Origin: Takakia lepidozioides | Taxonomy: Eukaryota; Plantae; Bryophyta | Direction of reading: 5' to 3' | DNA: 64,000 nucleotides | Assembly: GCA_030704615.1 (NCBI GenBank) | Contig: CM060732.1 | Coordinates: forward strand, 39,122,001 to 39,186,000 | Shown here: positions 12,518-26,753 of the stretch, piece after piece | Layout: each line of letters starts with the position of its first letter | Numbering within the stretch: the first letter of the stretch is position 1 | Translations under genes and position numbers: made by a program | Notes under the pieces: model-generated | Told to the model about the DNA's origin: nothing | The model's database searches: none | The model's input: the letters and a program-made list of their open reading frames with translations, nothing else

Positions 12518-15500
12518 TCAGAGAGCAAAAGCCGATGCAGTTTTCTGCTTCCCGGTCAGGGGATCCCAGCCTGGCGGCATTATATTGGGCCAATCCCCCC
12601 GGCATCCCAGTCGCACATACAAGCTCTTTTTGCCTGCCAATGACAGTCAATGTTTCCACACATGAGTACCCAGTGCAAATAGATACCCTGGCCTGATTGA
12701 ATTTCATCTTTCTAAGCATGTACTATTATCTCTTTATTACACTGATAGGGAGATGAGAAAACAGAGAGTGAGAGTGACCAGGACAGAATGGCAGAGAAAG
12801 AAGGATACTGAAGAGGGGCAGGTTAAAGGAGCACCTTGAAGCTCCTTATCGGACTCCAGCAGGTATTTAAGTGCTCTCAGAGCACCCTCAGCTGCAGGCC
12901 TTGCCGAGGTTTCATCCCAACCAGCGAGTGCCACCACCACGTCCGCCTTAGCGTACGACTGCCTGCCTTCCTGCTTTGCCTTTGCCGCCTCTTGTTCTGC
13001 TGCTGTTTCATCTATCCATCCACGATTCTGACCAATGTTAGCTTGACCTGGTCCAGCTCAATCTACAGTTTTTCCAGCGAAAAATCACCGTCCAGCACAT
13101 GAGAATGCACACCCACACCCCCACATGCACTCCCAGCAGACCTCTCAACTCTGATACGCATTCAAGCCAGTTATTGCACAATCCTACAGCTGCATCAGAG
13201 AGACACTGCCTACAATTATCCATTGCTAGTGCTATTTGAGGCCTCAACTTCGAACTGAATCTTACAAGCCCACATCCACCTTAACTTTCAACATTACAAG
13301 AGAAGGAACAATACCTTCCGCATCGCTCTGTGAGAGCCAGATGGTGAAACCAGCATGCAAACCCTTCCACCCACTATGCTGGGCAGCCACGCCATGGTTG
13401 CCACCTAGGGTCGCTACTGCACACCGGACATTCCTGTACACCCGCATGGTCACGGACACTGACAGGGTCAGGCAAAAGTGATGTGCCAACCTTCCCTTTC
13501 AAGGAATAAATCATGGCTCAAACTTTAGTGCAACCTAATCAGACCAGGAGAGAAGAGGTGGGAGAGGAAGAGGAAGGGAGAGAAGCTAATTAACTTGCCA
13601 AACACTCATGCACAACTGACACAACACAATTCCAAATAATTAGCGTACGAGCTGAGGCTATCCAAGATTGCCGCCTCTGCTTCAGTTACAGCTTGATCAC
13701 CTTCTGCTGCTGCCACTTTATCATGCAACCACACACCAAAGTGGAGGACTGTCAAGCAGAGAGACAACGACCAATATCCTCCCCCGTACCAATGGAGATG
13801 CAGATCTGTCAGTCTGGATGTGTCTGCTCAACAAAAGGGATATGCTAACCTAATCTTGCCTCCCCGCCAAGCGGTGCAATTCAAATTCCCTGGAAGTGCT
13901 AGCACAAAGGCAATCATGACAACCTTTGGAGCATAAGATACCCACGTACACAACAGGCCGCAAAGCAAGGCACTCAAGCCAAGGAGACTGATGCAGTTTC
14001 TGGTTATGATAATTTCATTGACCTCACATAATCTCCGGCTCTTCGTGCCAAGGCATTTGCAATTAGCAGGATACTAGTGGCGAACGGAAGAGAATGGGAT
14101 GACTTACTTGCTGTCGGTGATGTGTTAGTGAGCTCCTGTATTAGCTGTTGCGTACACAGTGGTACAAACCTGCACCCCATCCCCTGACTTAAGCCACAAA
14201 CTTGAAACCCTGAACCCCACCCTACCATGCCACAGAGGTACAGCCAGTAATGACAGGGCTGGGAGTTTGCACAAGGCTGCCAATCCTACCCCAGCTGGGC
14301 TCCCTTGAAAGATCCTCAAGCATATCTCCAGCCCCAGCACTGCACATATCTACAGACTAGATAGCCCCACATACTTCACCATGAAAAGATGGAATACAAC
14401 ATACTCCAGAGCTTCCGCGAGCTCCCTTGCAACAGCCCAATTGATGTCAGAGGAACTGCCAACAGTGTAGATGGTGGTACCCTTGAGCAATTCTGCCACC
14501 CCACTGGCTAAGGATGCCCAGGCTTCAACCAGGTCCGGCCACCGTATATCAGCATCCATTTTCTTCAAGCTCAGCACCACCTCCTTCTCATCCACATACC
14601 TGCCACCCCTTGCTCATTCTCAGAGCTTTCTTGTATCCCCATGGCCTCTTTTTGTTTCATTGTTGAACAAGGACACAAACGTCCGCAAAAAATAGATGCA
14701 ATAGCCTGGTCCCCAAAGATGTTTTAGCATCGCAGCATTGAAGTGCATAACAAACTGAAAAGTGATACAGAGCTGCTAATTGTGCGACCTAATTGTGGGC
14801 TAAGAAACCACAAAACCCATACCAGATAGTCTCAGAAGCTTTGATGTGGCCATAGAGGCGTGCAGCTGACAAGATCAGCCGGACACCATCCGAGGTCTGC
14901 AGGGTTACAAACAGTGCCTTGTCTTTTGCAACTACTTGCACATGGCGTGCACTTATATTTGCCCCATCCTTTCCTACCAAACCAACCGGCAGCTCCACTC
15001 GTACCTCCAAGTCTGCACCATTATCATGAAACTGCCCACTCCATTTTCTGTAACGCTTAACAGCTCACAATCTTCCTTAACTATCATCACAGTTGCATAG
15101 TGAAGAGTATAACAGTCTGGCTTGTTCCTGATCTCACTGAATACTGGAATCCTCAAAGCCAGCCCTGCACTGGACTTCCATTCAGGGGCTATCTATTTCA
15201 GGTGTGACTCTCAAACACGAGCCAGCCAAAGTGTTTCCTGGAGGGCTATTCTGCATAAAGACTAGGGTCAAAGATCTGGCAGGGCCATATTCTCCATGAT
15301 ACCATGGAGGAAAAAATGATGGGGACCTGTAATAATACTTAGAGCAATATTGTAGAGACTCTCCACCCAGAGTGAGATGAAAGCATCACAAAGTGTCTAG
15401 TTAACATTTCTGTCAGCATCCAAATCACTTACAAGTCCATGATTGCCAACAAACTAACTGACAAAAGATTCTTTGTCATGTTTGATCCGTGAAGGACCTT

Positions 15501-16194
15501 GAATATATGATTTATACACTTATGCCAGGTGCGCTAGGTGAGATGTCCACTGCTCCTAGATGAATACCAAAATGGTTCAGAGGTTAAAATATTTTCCCAC
15601 TCCGGGTCCTTCTAGACTTCAAAATATATCTACATTATGTTGTTGAAAAGACGCACATCAAGTACTTTCTACAACATACGGACTGCAAATCAATTCACAC
15701 ATTGTTCGGCTACACCTCCCCAGACTTTTTCTAAATACCAACACAATGTCACATCCTAGGCCTGGGTGCTAATTGGGGACTTGTGCCTCGAGCTGATCAT
15801 CTCTGACTAGTGGTCACATCAAGCAAACAGATGACTCTTCTCTACACACATTTCCCTTCCACTGCCTTCTAGAGCTCACCCGTACCTCCCCCACTGTAAC
15901 AAGGACATGATTAAGTACCTCGATCCTAGAATCATCCAGCTGGGCGCAAATGTGGGCAAATTTTTTCCCGACCCCAACATTTCGGGGTCCAGCACCTGAA
16001 TTCCCGGACAAACCTCCAGCACAGGACGTGGATTGTGCTCCAAGCCATAGCCGTGAACTGCAACTTGCCACAGAGACACCGATGGCAGACACCTTGGAAG
16101 AGCTTCGATTGCACGCCAATACTCCCGACGAAGCCTGCGTTGAGGAGACAATCCCTACCCCCAGCACGGCTGGAATGAGGCCCGCCATCGCCAT
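12518..16194 (-). CDS. SKL2: Shikimate kinase-like 2 (plastid; CS domain plus inactive SK-like domain); exons 16194-15919, 15031-14823, 14599-14405, 14169-14108, 13715-13649, 13433-13315, 13011-12835, 12633-12518
   Basis: Ser/Ala-rich transit-like N-terminus; IKASETIWYVDEKEVVLSLKK; LLKGTTIYTVGSSSDINWAVARELA; RCAVATLGG; C-terminal GKKSLYVRLGCRGDWPNIMPPGWDP typical of SKL2. Phases are consistent; the 13715 acceptor is the weakest site. Confidence 0.92.
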
Positions 16195-16672
16195 CGCAGC
16201 TGCTTCGTCTCTCTCCCTTCACAAAACCTTCGCACTGCAGTCAAGCCCTCCACTCCAAATCCCAAAAGATTACCTCCGGGGAGGTAAGTCTCTAGCCTTC
16301 AAACAAAAGGAATTACCTTCCTGAAGGTAATTCCTATTTTGTGCAGGTTAGCTACCTCCAACCTTTCCAGAGCTCACCCCACGACACGAGTACAAAAGAT
16401 TTTGTTTTTTTGTGTTTGTGAAAATTCTTCCCTTCAAATAAAACAGAATCAGAAAATTCATATAAAATGATATAATCTCGGTCCGAGGGTGTGGATTGGG
16501 GATGGATGAAAAAGGGATGAAAAAGTACGGTTCACTTGGTACGTGCTAAGCTGGGAATCGTGCGCTAGGGCAGTCCGCTGTGGTGGCGAGAGAGGAGAGG
16601 AATCGCGCATCGAGAGTATGTGCGGCCATCGCAGGGTATCGCTCCTCTGCATCCTCTTGGGATTCTTCTCTC
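16195..16672. promoter_or_regulatory. Probable bidirectional promoter SKL2/MED19 containing two related dyads (16270-16287, 16308-16335)
   Basis: Head-to-head start codons ~480 bp apart; TTACCTCC-gg-GGAGGTAA and AGGAATTACCTTC-ct-GAAGGTAATTCCT. Confidence 0.55.
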
Positions 16673-19100
16673 ATGGCTGCCAGCAATGACAACGGAGTTT
16701 TTCGCCTCCTGGCGGTAGCACCAAGTGTGTAAAGCCTCATTTCTCATTTCTCATTTCTCATTTTATTCCTGTGTCTAGTTTTGTCAAATGTCTCTGTGGT
16801 TTCTGTTATGGGGGTGAACGAAGTGATTCATTGTACTGATGGGATTTTGGAAATCCGTGTAGGTTTTTCTGTCAGATGCATTGACATAAATGTGGAAGGG
16901 ATTAGGTACCCTGTTTTGATTGCATTGACAGGAAATTGCAATTCATTCCTCTCGGAGGGGCATTTCTGATGGCTTGAGGCTAGGGGCATTCTCGGAATTT
17001 TGCTTGTTTGGATGCTGGAGACTCGTTAATTTGTAGCAAGTTGGGCTGCTGCAGGACCCAGGGAGTTGACGGGGGCAGTCGATCTGTTGTCTCACTATGG
17101 TCTGCGAGAGCAGTACGAAACGTTTTGCAAGAGGCCTCTGCCAGCATTAATTTCTGAAGCCCATTATCTACTCAATGTCGTGGGGGATACTGAGATTCGG
17201 AGGGGAGAGGGCATGGAGATTGGTCAGCTGGTACCGGGCCAGGGGGGGGCGGGTATGCCATCAGATAATGTGCTCTTCCAGCCTTTGGATCTTGAGTCAC
17301 TGCGGCGGGCGTTCACTTTGAGGGAGACGGGACCGATTTCACTATCAGAGGTGAGTTCATTGGGATTTTAGTTTTTTGAGAGTTTTTTCCTTGGTTTTCG
17401 GCTTGGGTTTTGTCATTGCGATCACATGATGCCTGGCTATTCAAGCCTGGTCTGGGATTACTGATGTAAGTATAGAAGGGAGAAGGTGTCAAGAGGCGGT
17501 ATCCATGACCTAAGGGCAGTGGACAAGTGAACTAAAGGGATGGAAGTATTTTAGTAGGGGTGGGAGAGAATCGGTGGAAGTAGAGAGGGTTTTCTGTGTC
17601 ACTACCTATTCTGAAAGAAGGGGTAGTTGTAAACTTGGAGGCATTCAGGATGTGGTGTGTCAAGAAGACATTGTTGAGAGATAATGATGAAATGTCATTT
17701 CTCCCTGCGCTTGTGGGAGTCCCTGAATGTGTGCTTTGCAAGAGCGTTTGAAGATTTCGAATTTCAGTAGCCATGTGGTAATTTTTGGAATCATTGGAAT
17801 CGTATTATCTTATATGTATATCTAGGCGGCATTTCTCTATAAGGGGGGCACTCAAGAGTCTTGCCAAGGGAACCTTAGGGTGAGCACAACTGAAGACCCG
17901 ATGACACATTTTGACCTTCTCTTATGCATTCCATTCAACCTCACGTGTCTCTGTACTGCCATTCACATAGTTACTGAAGTCCGAGTTCCTTAACAGGGTT
18001 TGTTCCCTAAACAATGGCAAACAGCTGAGTTTTTTGGAACTCAAATACTCCAACTGTTTCCTAATCAATGTAAGTATGTATTTCTACAGTGTGTGACTCT
18101 GTGTCCTGCAGTTTGATTGTGAAACACCATTTTTGGTGTTACCTAACTGTCTGTAGGAAGGAAACGAGTTAAGGGTAGAGCTGTGGCATTTCAAGCTATG
18201 GACAACATCTCTGGCTACTGTACCCACCTAATCAATGCAAATCCAAGCATGAGTGAATGGCAATGGTTGGCGGAACCCCGTCTGTCCATATGGCATACTT
18301 CGCATATTCTCCAGAGACACTTAGCTTGTCTCATTGGTTAGTCTTAATTGTGGATGGGATTAAACTGTTCTTGGTTAGTTCATCAGATTGCTTTGTAACA
18401 TATTATTGCTTGCTGTGGTGCATGCAGGCTGACAGGGGAATACCAACAATGAGTGGGAAAGTGAAAGATGAGCAGGATGACAAAGACAAGAAGCACAAGA
18501 AGAAGCATAAAAAGCACAAGCACCGTGACAAGGACAAAGACAAAGATAAGGAAAAAGACAAGGACAGAGAAAAGAAGAAGGATAAAGAGAAGGACAAGGA
18601 GAAAGACAAAGATAGGGGGGCAAAGGGAGAAAATGGTGATGATCGGTCTAAAAAGCACCGCAAAAAGGTACTCCTCTGGATCTACATATTTTAATTTAAA
18701 GGAATGAGATGGTTAGATGGTGGCACTCTTATCTTGTACCTGTCATCATGGCCAAATTTTGAGGCCCCAAGTTTTGTGCTTTCCTGTTGTTGCCTTGTCA
18801 ACCAACAGCCATTTAAATGAAAGGCAACATCTTGGGAGTAGGGACATACTGAACGATGTGGCGGTGAGTACTGCTGTTTGTGAATTTCAGAAAAGGAAAC
18901 ATGACGGAGAGGATGAAGAGGTTGATGGCCATAAACACAAGTCCAAGAAGGTGAGGCTCTTTCTCCCTAAGTACACATATTCAAGCTGTCACGTTGTCAG
19001 AGGGAAGTAGCTTAACTCCTTACCCATTTATGGTGGTTTGCAGCATAAACATTCGTCAAAGGTGGAAGGTCCAGGGGCTGTGACCAAGAATGGAAAATGA
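16673..19100 (+). CDS. MED19: Mediator subunit 19; exons 16673-16724 (less certain), 17055-17350, 18428-18667, 18891-18950, 19044-19100
   Basis: PRELTGAVDLLSHYGL...FCKRPLP...HYLLNVVGDTEIRRGEGMEI is the plant MED19 core, followed by the K/D/H-rich tail (KKHKKHKHRDKDKDKDKEK...KKRKHDG). Confidence 0.92.
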
Positions 19101-20680
19101 GTGGAGTCTGCAGTTTTCACTGATCTAAGATTTGTCTTTCGGAGATAGCATGACAGAGTTCTCAAGCCATGTCTCAGGTATGGTGTCTTGAAACAGGAAT
19201 GTCAAGTTCCATCTCTTTACAGTTGCTTGTTGAGAGTGATCTGAAGACCATTCTGGAGGTGGCAGGAATTAGTTGATGAAATCAACAACTGGACATACCA
19301 TGAGTTGTTGGAAAAATGTTGCTGTCATCATCCTAAGGATGAAGTTCATTGAAATGCCATTTTCTAATTTGATATGGTCAATTTTTCTTCACAAGAACAA
19401 TGCAGCAACATGGGTGTATACTAATGGAAGGTTTCGTTGTGCACTTGCAGAGAATGTTTAGTGGTTTTAAAGGGGCAGCCATTATCACAGCCATCTGGTT
19501 GGTGAACCACTGTGTCCATGTCCTCTTTCGCCTCCCCTAGATAACTTCAATTGAAACACCCAACCTTCCTCGCAATATCTGTGCGCCTTCTTCCCTCCCT
19601 TCTGCGCTTGTCCTACTTCGACATAGGTGGACACGTATGGGCCTATGCTACTCGGAGCTTTGTCCATTGAGTCTGTCTCTCTCTAGTATCAAAGGGAATG
19701 ACGGTGCAGCTTGGAAGAGATGTGCAGTGCTTGTGATGAGATGAGATGAGATGTTTGGGCTCCAGGGAACTGTCATATTTTTGCCGGACTGAGAAAAGAG
19801 TAATTGTTGATGAAGGTTGCATGTAAATTCATACCAGCCAGTAGTCTGTAGTGTGTGCAAATTTCTGGAGAAGTTTCTAAATTGATTCATAATGTGGCCT
19901 TTGGACTGAAGGCTCTTCATAGGAGTCCTCTCGACTCTCTAGGGGGGATGCCTCATTGTTGCCTTTATTTTGGAGGAGCAAAGCTTATGAAGCACAGAAC
20001 CTGTCTATACACTGCAAATGGGTTGTGATAGGGCCTATACTTGTGAATGAATTATTGATGGACAGCTACAGAATAGGCTCTCTTGGGATGCGCCAAGCAA
20101 TGACAAGAATGTGTAGTTCAAAATAAGGCTCTCTTGCAAGCACAGGATTGGAAAAGTTTGTAAACAGATGAGTGAAACAGAGAATGTTGTTGGATTACCA
20201 CATGTAAGTTAAGATGAGGATCTGATAGAACTAGGTCAGGTAAAAAGGAGAGACGAATTTTAAGTGAACTGCACATCGAGTTACAATGCTTCATATTGCA
20301 CATAATTACTGCAAGACTTGGAAGCCAAATCACCTGCTCAGGCAAGCTTGTGGCAACAGCATGCAACATCTTGAGCTGGAGGCACCAGATGTCTTAAGGT
20401 ACCCCCTCTGGCAACTGTGTAGTTTGCTTCACTGTTTTGGGAATAGCTTTGGTTAACCTCTGTTGGGGCATAGCTTATACACTCTGTAACTACAGGATTT
20501 TCCCCACACCTACCGGATTTTTCTATCTCAGTTTTCACTAGTTTACTGCTGCTCTATGTACTTCAAAGTTGACCATCACCAAAAAGGCCAGTTTCCAGCC
20601 AATTTTACTCTTGTATTGCAGAACAATGACAAAGTACGCCATCTCCACTCTTGAACTTTGTTTCATACATGTTGGTTGCT

Positions 20681-20788
20681 TCACCAATAATCCCCACATG
20701 AACAGATCCCGTCTTGAAAATGGTGAAAACGATTGGCATCCCTTAGAACAACTTCCCGCCCGACAATTCTCGAGATGAACTTGGTGGC
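20681..20788 (-). pseudogene. Out-of-frame C-terminal remnant of the DYW deaminase domain
   Basis: The alternative frame reads [35 protein letters not shown]-stop (TGA at 20683-20681). Confidence 0.93.
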
Positions 20789-23121
20789 ACCTGGTTCTTC
20801 ACCTCAACGCAGCTGCGCCCTGGCTCCTTTTTTATGCCTCTGGCCTCCATCATTTTTCTCACCTTTGCCGTGTCTACCCACCTACCAGCTGCAGCATAGA
20901 TGTTTGATAGCACTACATAGGTTGTGGCGTCTTGAGGATCCAACTCAAGAAGGCATTTTGCTGCACGTTCTGCTAACTCCACATTCCCATGAACTCTGCA
21001 AGCAGCAAGCAAGGCCCCCCACACTGAAGCACCTGGTTTGCTGGGAATTTTGTCAATGAAATCCTCTGCCTCATCCAATCGCCCTGCACGACCAAGAAGG
21101 TCCACCACGCAGCCAAAATGCTCCACTGTAGGTGTCAGGCCATGATCGTCACTCATGGAATGGAAGTAGTGAAGGCCTTCATCCACTAGGCCCACATGGC
21201 TACATGCAGACAACAGCGATATAAAGGTGACAACCTCCGGCTTGAAGCCTTCATGTTGCATTTGCTCAAATAAAAGTAGGGCTTCCTTACCACACCCATG
21301 TTGACCATATCCTGCAATGATTGCATTCCATGAGACAACATTTTGTTGAGGCATATTGTCAAACACTCGACGTGCATCCTTCATGCTCCCGCATTTGGCA
21401 TACATGTCAGCAAGGGCAGTCTCCACAATGACATCTGGTGCAATAGCAGCTTTTACGATGTCAGCATGAACTTCTATGCCCTTTTCTAGCGCTGCCAGGC
21501 TGGCACACGCCTTGAGAATGCAAATGAATGTAACGTTGTTGGGTGTCACACCTTCACATATCATTTGGTCATAGATGTCAAAAGCCTCCTCACCACACCC
21601 ATGCTGAGCATATCCTGCGATCATTGCACTCCATGAGACCACGTTTCGTTGATCCATATTGCTGAACACTTGACGTGCATCCTTGATGCTCCCACATTTG
21701 GCATACATGTGGACAAGGGTGTTCTCCAGAATGACATCTGGTGCAATCCCAGCTTTGATCATATCAGCATGGACTTCTCTGCCATTTTCCAACAATCCTA
21801 GACTGGCACAGGCAGTGAGAATGCTAGTGAAGGTGACCCTGTTGAGCGTCACTCCTTCCTGTATCATTTGCTCATAGATCTTGAAAGCCTCGCTACCACA
21901 TCCATGCTGAACATATCCTGCCATCATGGTGGTCCATGAGACCACATCTCGTTTAGCCATGTTCTCAAAGATTTGACGGGCATCCTCTATGCTCCCGCAT
22001 TTGGCATACATATCAATGAGGGTATTGTCCAGAACAATATCTGATGGGATATCAGCCTTGATGATGTGAGCATGGACCTCTTTACCCTTTTCCAGGGCTC
22101 CAAGGATGGCACAGGCATTGAGAACACAAATGAATGTGACCTTGTTGGGCATCACCCCTTCCTGTATCATTTGCTCATAGATATCAAAAGCCTCCCTACC
22201 ACACCCACACCGAGCATACCCTGCAATCATTGCACTCCATGATACCACATTTCGTTGAGTCATACTGCCAAATATTTGATGTGCATCCTTCATGCTCCCA
22301 CACTTTGCATACATGTCAACGAGGGCAGTCTCCAGAATGATATCTGGTGCAGTTCCTGCTCTGACAATGTCAGCATGGATCTCAAGGCCATTTTTCAGCA
22401 TTCCCAAGTTCGCACACGCCTTCAGAACGCAAATGAATGTAACCCGTTTGGGCATCACCCCTTTCTGTATCATTTGCTCATATAAATCCAGAGCCTCTCT
22501 ACCACACCCATGCTTGGCATATCCTGCTATCATTATATTCCATGTGGACACATCTCGTTCAGGCATTTTGTCAAAAACTCGTCGTGCATCCACCACACTC
22601 CTGCACTTGGCGTACATGTTGACAAGAGTGTTGAGTAGAAAGATGTTTGGTTTGAATCCACTTCGGATAATATGGGCATGCACCTGCTTTCCCTCTGCTA
22701 AGAATTGCATGTTGATGCACTCCTGCAAGACACAGATGTAAGTATGAGAGTCTGCCTGAATACCTTTCTGGTTCAAAACATGCAACGCCTCTTTCGATCG
22801 TCCTGCTTTGCATAGTGCCCTCACATCAACACAAGTGCCCAGAGCGCTCTTGTCGACTGCCTCTGTGGGTCCTTCAAGCGAGGCTGATCGTGAGTGATAC
22901 TCGTACTTGTCCACCCTAGATTCTGTCAGTTGATCATAGAATGGACAATCATCGGACTGTGCTCCACCCTTCATCATGGGAGCCAGCTCTGCTTTCAACA
23001 TAGGAGGGTGTGAGTGACCATCAACCCCTCGTCCAAGGACCTCCTGCGAGCACTTGCGTCTGAAATCTGGTGATTTCTGGGGTTTGTGTGGAATCCACCA
23101 GTTGGGCAGATGAACAGCCAT
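20743..23121 (-). CDS. PLS-class PPR protein (~17 P/L/S motifs plus E1, E2 and PG box), frameshifted and terminating just after the PG box
   Basis: 101-aa L-S-P triplets (MYAKCGS..DAR..F..M..R.VVSW..MIAGY), P2-L2-S2, E1 ([14 protein letters not shown]), E2 ([14 protein letters not shown]) and [11 protein letters not shown], then the non-homologous tail [14 protein letters not shown]. Confidence 0.93.
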   Translation of the reverse strand: MAVHLPNWWIPHKPQKSPDFRRKCSQEVLGRGVDGHSHPPMLKAELAPMMKGGAQSDDCPFYDQLTESRVDKYEYHSRSASLEGPTEAVDKSALGTCVDVRALCKAGRSKEALHVLNQKGIQADSHTYICVLQECINMQFLAEGKQVHAHIIRSGFKPNIFLLNTLVNMYAKCRSVVDARRVFDKMPERDVSTWNIMIAGYAKHGCGREALDLYEQMIQKGVMPKRVTFICVLKACANLGMLKNGLEIHADIVRAGTAPDIILETALVDMYAKCGSMKDAHQIFGSMTQRNVVSWSAMIAGYARCGCGREAFDIYEQMIQEGVMPNKVTFICVLNACAILGALEKGKEVHAHIIKADIPSDIVLDNTLIDMYAKCGSIEDARQIFENMAKRDVVSWTTMMAGYVQHGCGSEAFKIYEQMIQEGVTLNRVTFTSILTACASLGLLENGREVHADMIKAGIAPDVILENTLVHMYAKCGSIKDARQVFSNMDQRNVVSWSAMIAGYAQHGCGEEAFDIYDQMICEGVTPNNVTFICILKACASLAALEKGIEVHADIVKAAIAPDVIVETALADMYAKCGSMKDARRVFDNMPQQNVVSWNAIIAGYGQHGCGKEALLLFEQMQHEGFKPEVVTFISLLSACSHVGLVDEGLHYFHSMSDDHGLTPTVEHFGCVVDLLGRAGRLDEAEDFIDKIPSKPGASVWGALLAACRVHGNVELAERAAKCLLELDPQDATTYVVLSNIYAAAGRWVDTAKVRKMMEARGIKKEPGRSCVEVKNQVPPSSSRELSGGKLF

Positions 23122-26100
23122 TTTTCATCGACAGCCTCAGATAGCCACTGCACCCACAATAACCCCAAGCATCTTTTAAACAACAGGGAACAACACTGAA
23201 GAGCCCCCCGGTTATATCCTGCTAGAAATTAAGGATAACCTGCTGATAGCAACAGTAGGATTTGCTTTTGCTGATCTTTCATGACTTGCAAAATTGTCAT
23301 ATTCAACATAAAATCTAGTCAAACAGGGAACATCTCCATCTCCAATAAGCTCCTTGACAAACTCGTTCTGAAAAAAGATACTCTCACCTTATTATACCTC
23401 TTGTCCCACCCTTGCGAATGATTTCTGAGAAAATCATGCCAGAGCTGTTCGTCACCCATTCCGTGACCTAAGTGCAAGTGCCACGGAAACATGAGAAATT
23501 CTCTGATTTCCTCAGTCTCTTCTAAGGAGTGCTAGTGCCTGAGATTAATTTTATCCCATAAGCTCTTTAAGCTTACCCTGGACGTAAGAAAATCCTTTCT
23601 GTCTCTCTCTAGCAGGGTGCGACTGACACAGCACTGCCACACTCGGATTCCCTGTTACATAGCAGAGCTGACAAAAGCAGTGATATCTAGCATAATGCCC
23701 TCCCTCCCATCAATCCTCAGTTGGCTGCAACGGGATCGTTGTCGGCTCTGCATGACCACCACTTCGTCCAGTCAGACCTGCGCCATGTCCGTCATTTCAG
23801 CGGTCACCAGTGAGCTGAACAATGCTTGAACCTTTTCGAACTTGCAGTGACATACCATGCGCGACTCTTATAGCTCTCCCCATCGTCTGCCTCCACTTCG
23901 AGCACGATTCAAATGCCTCAGACCCAAAGCGATTCCCCATTCTGTGAGCGAAGGAGACGAGATGAGACTACCTAATAAGTACAGTTCGCAGGTTGCCGGA
24001 CTTCACCCCTCGGCAGGCAGCCCAGGGGCCTTCCGGGAATGTCTGGTTAGCCTACCTAAGGCCTACCTAAGTACTAATTTGTAATTTTAAAAGTTAAAAC
24101 GAGATTTTCTGCTTCAGAAATTCGCTAGAATTTTTTTTAAACAATATTATATTTTATACATTACATTTTATTTTCTATTAGAAAATGATATTTAGATAGT
24201 ATTTTTCATAATTTTCCTTAAAAATCTATTTTTTATGGATAAATGGCCTTAGAAAATAGGAAAAATATGATATTATTGGTATGAGTCTTTTCTTATGCTA
24301 TGATAGGTTTTGCTTTCCTTTCAGGATAGTGGGAACAATGATGGCCCATCGACACATATGTGCGGTCCTGTGAAGCAACTTATACCTAAGCGGCTTGCCA
24401 TAAAAGCTTTCTCGAAGTAGGACCTCCTGAGAAAGCCGAGAGACTCCTGCGTGAAGTCCTGTTAACCGAATAAAAAGACTTGAAATGCAACTAGTTAGGA
24501 CTAGACTGTAGAACAAACGTTTGTCCCGTAAGCGTAGCGGGAGGAAATCTTCCATCGGCCGCTGACCCTCTATCAAGTTAGAGATCCCTGTACGGGTGGG
24601 CGGTTCTTGAGCCACCTGGTTGCCGGACTCCATGCCCCATTGACGTCGCTCTCTTTGTGCTTGCGCGCGTGAGGCCTCGTCATATTTTGATGCGTCTGCC
24701 GGGAGTTCGACATGTTTAGACTAACAGTTTGGTTAAGTATTTTGCACTAACACGGGTTGTTAAGGTTTGAAACGGTACGCCTTGAACCTAATTTTCCTTT
24801 GTAGTAACGTGCATATTTAAGAGAGAAATAGTCTCTTTACAATGATGTTCTTATCTGTTCTTATTTGAGTCTAAGCTTGGATAGAGGTTAGACCCGCAAT
24901 ATAAAGTGTCAAAAGACTAAAAATTGTGATGAAATAGGCAAGACGATGGAACCAAAGCCATGTAACCCATCCGAGTCCGAGTCCGAACGATGTACTCATC
25001 TATCGAGTCCCGCGTCAAAGGACTATACCAGTTAATTTCCGGCACCCGAATATGAGAGTGTGCGGAGTTAAATGTCTTGCTCATTTGTCGAATGATACTT
25101 CGACGTATTTTGGATATTTGCCGAGGAGTATAGGAGCTTGTGGATAGCTACCGGCAACCAAGGTACCGTAGACAGTATCAGAATTAACGGCATTCATCGT
25201 GGACATGGTCACCAAAGGCATCATCGGGCCAAGAGAACACATTAAGAGCTGAAGATATAAGCATTATTACCACGTGTGAGAGGTGGAGCTCATACAACTC
25301 TAACCATAGGGTATGCTAAAAATAGAGGGTGTACTCTAACGTGAAGGTGTGTCCGAGGGACATACATCATAGGGGCTAGGAGTTTACCCATACTCCAGGC
25401 GACGGATTTACGTTGTGGGTCACGTCCCACTATTTTATTGGAACTCCGAAGACCAGCTTTGGTGTGCAACAACGTTTTTTTTTTCATTTAAGAACTTGAG
25501 CCATGTTGGCTAATGGCTGGCCTATGAGGAAGATCAATTGGCGACTCTGTGGCATGCGATCTCGAACCGGTGGCTACTGTCAAGAATGTTTGATGAGTTT
25601 TATGTAAACTCAACTCATGTAGTGTTTGGTTTGTGGGAGCGACAAGGGAGGTAATTTTTTTCAAAGTAACAGTGACATTGCATATTGCAAAGCATGTTGT
25701 TGAGCGAAAATGCCCTCCGGAGGAATTGAACCTCGGCCACAAAGACTCTGCCCCCTGCAGCACGGGGCAGGACCCACACAAACACGTTAGTGTACAAGAA
25801 CAAACATAAATGGGAAAAACACCCGGAACGCCTGAAAAGTTTCATGCAGATCAAAACAAGGCAAAGAAGCCATGGAAACAAAGGCAACCAGCCTAGCACA
25901 ACTGTGTCACATGGATACAATCCATTGACAAATATGACTAACCTTGTCCAACATCGGCAACCTCGCTTAAAGCCTTGTGTGCCAGTACAAGAGGCGGTGT
26001 AATCCTGCTTAAATGGAGGTGCATGACACGGATACTAGGCGGGTAAGCAAAACCTAAACGAGAGTTCTCTCCATAGCTCGACCCCTTGGCGAAAGCGGGA

Positions 26101-26753
26101 AGAGTTTGAACCCAAGGGTTTGCTCCTTGCGCTGGCAGGGTGGTAGGGTTTGTAGAAATCGATAGACAAGATCATCTGGATATAGTGTCCTCATTGCAGC
26201 GACACGATGGCATTAGGGAGGGCAATAATGCAAAACAATGCCATATTTTAACCCATAATTCCTTTGTAGATTTTGTGAGGCCCATTTTTGGATCGAAAAG
26301 TGGCGAAATTTCGCGCAAAAAAAAAATGTTGGTGTGGGGGGCAACAAAGTTGCGGTATCTCAGTGGTATTATCCCGGTATTCTTCGTTGTTTTATTGGAG
26401 TTCCAAGGATGAGCTTTGGAATGCATTTGGAAATAATTTAAAAACAATAATTTAGAGAGATGGCCAAAGCAGACTTGCAAATTGATAGCATCGACGCCAT
26501 TAATTTTAAGACTTGGTGTGATCCTCTCTCGCATCGATTTTGGATACTCTTTCTCAGGTTCATTTTTTGCCTAAAAAACAGTGGAAATATGGTACATTGA
26601 AAGATTCAGTAGACGTAATGAAGAGAATATAAGTAACATGGTCATTTTTTGATAAAAACAAAACAGAGGGGAGGAAGTCCAAGGCATGTTTAGAATTATT
26701 TGAATTATTCTCAAACAAATTAGATTTTTTTTATTTTCCATTTTTTGCCTCTG

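Noticed and set aside
4959-16194. Phenylpropanoid gene cluster (CYP98 plus shikimate kinase-like)
   Set aside because: SKL2 is regarded as lacking shikimate kinase activity, the intervening gene is DPB4, and no other pathway genes are present. Adjacency is probably chance.
24298-26412. Short ORFs at the left edge of the repeat island
   Set aside because: No recognisable domain or splice structure. Probably decayed TE-derived DNA, but not classifiable by eye.
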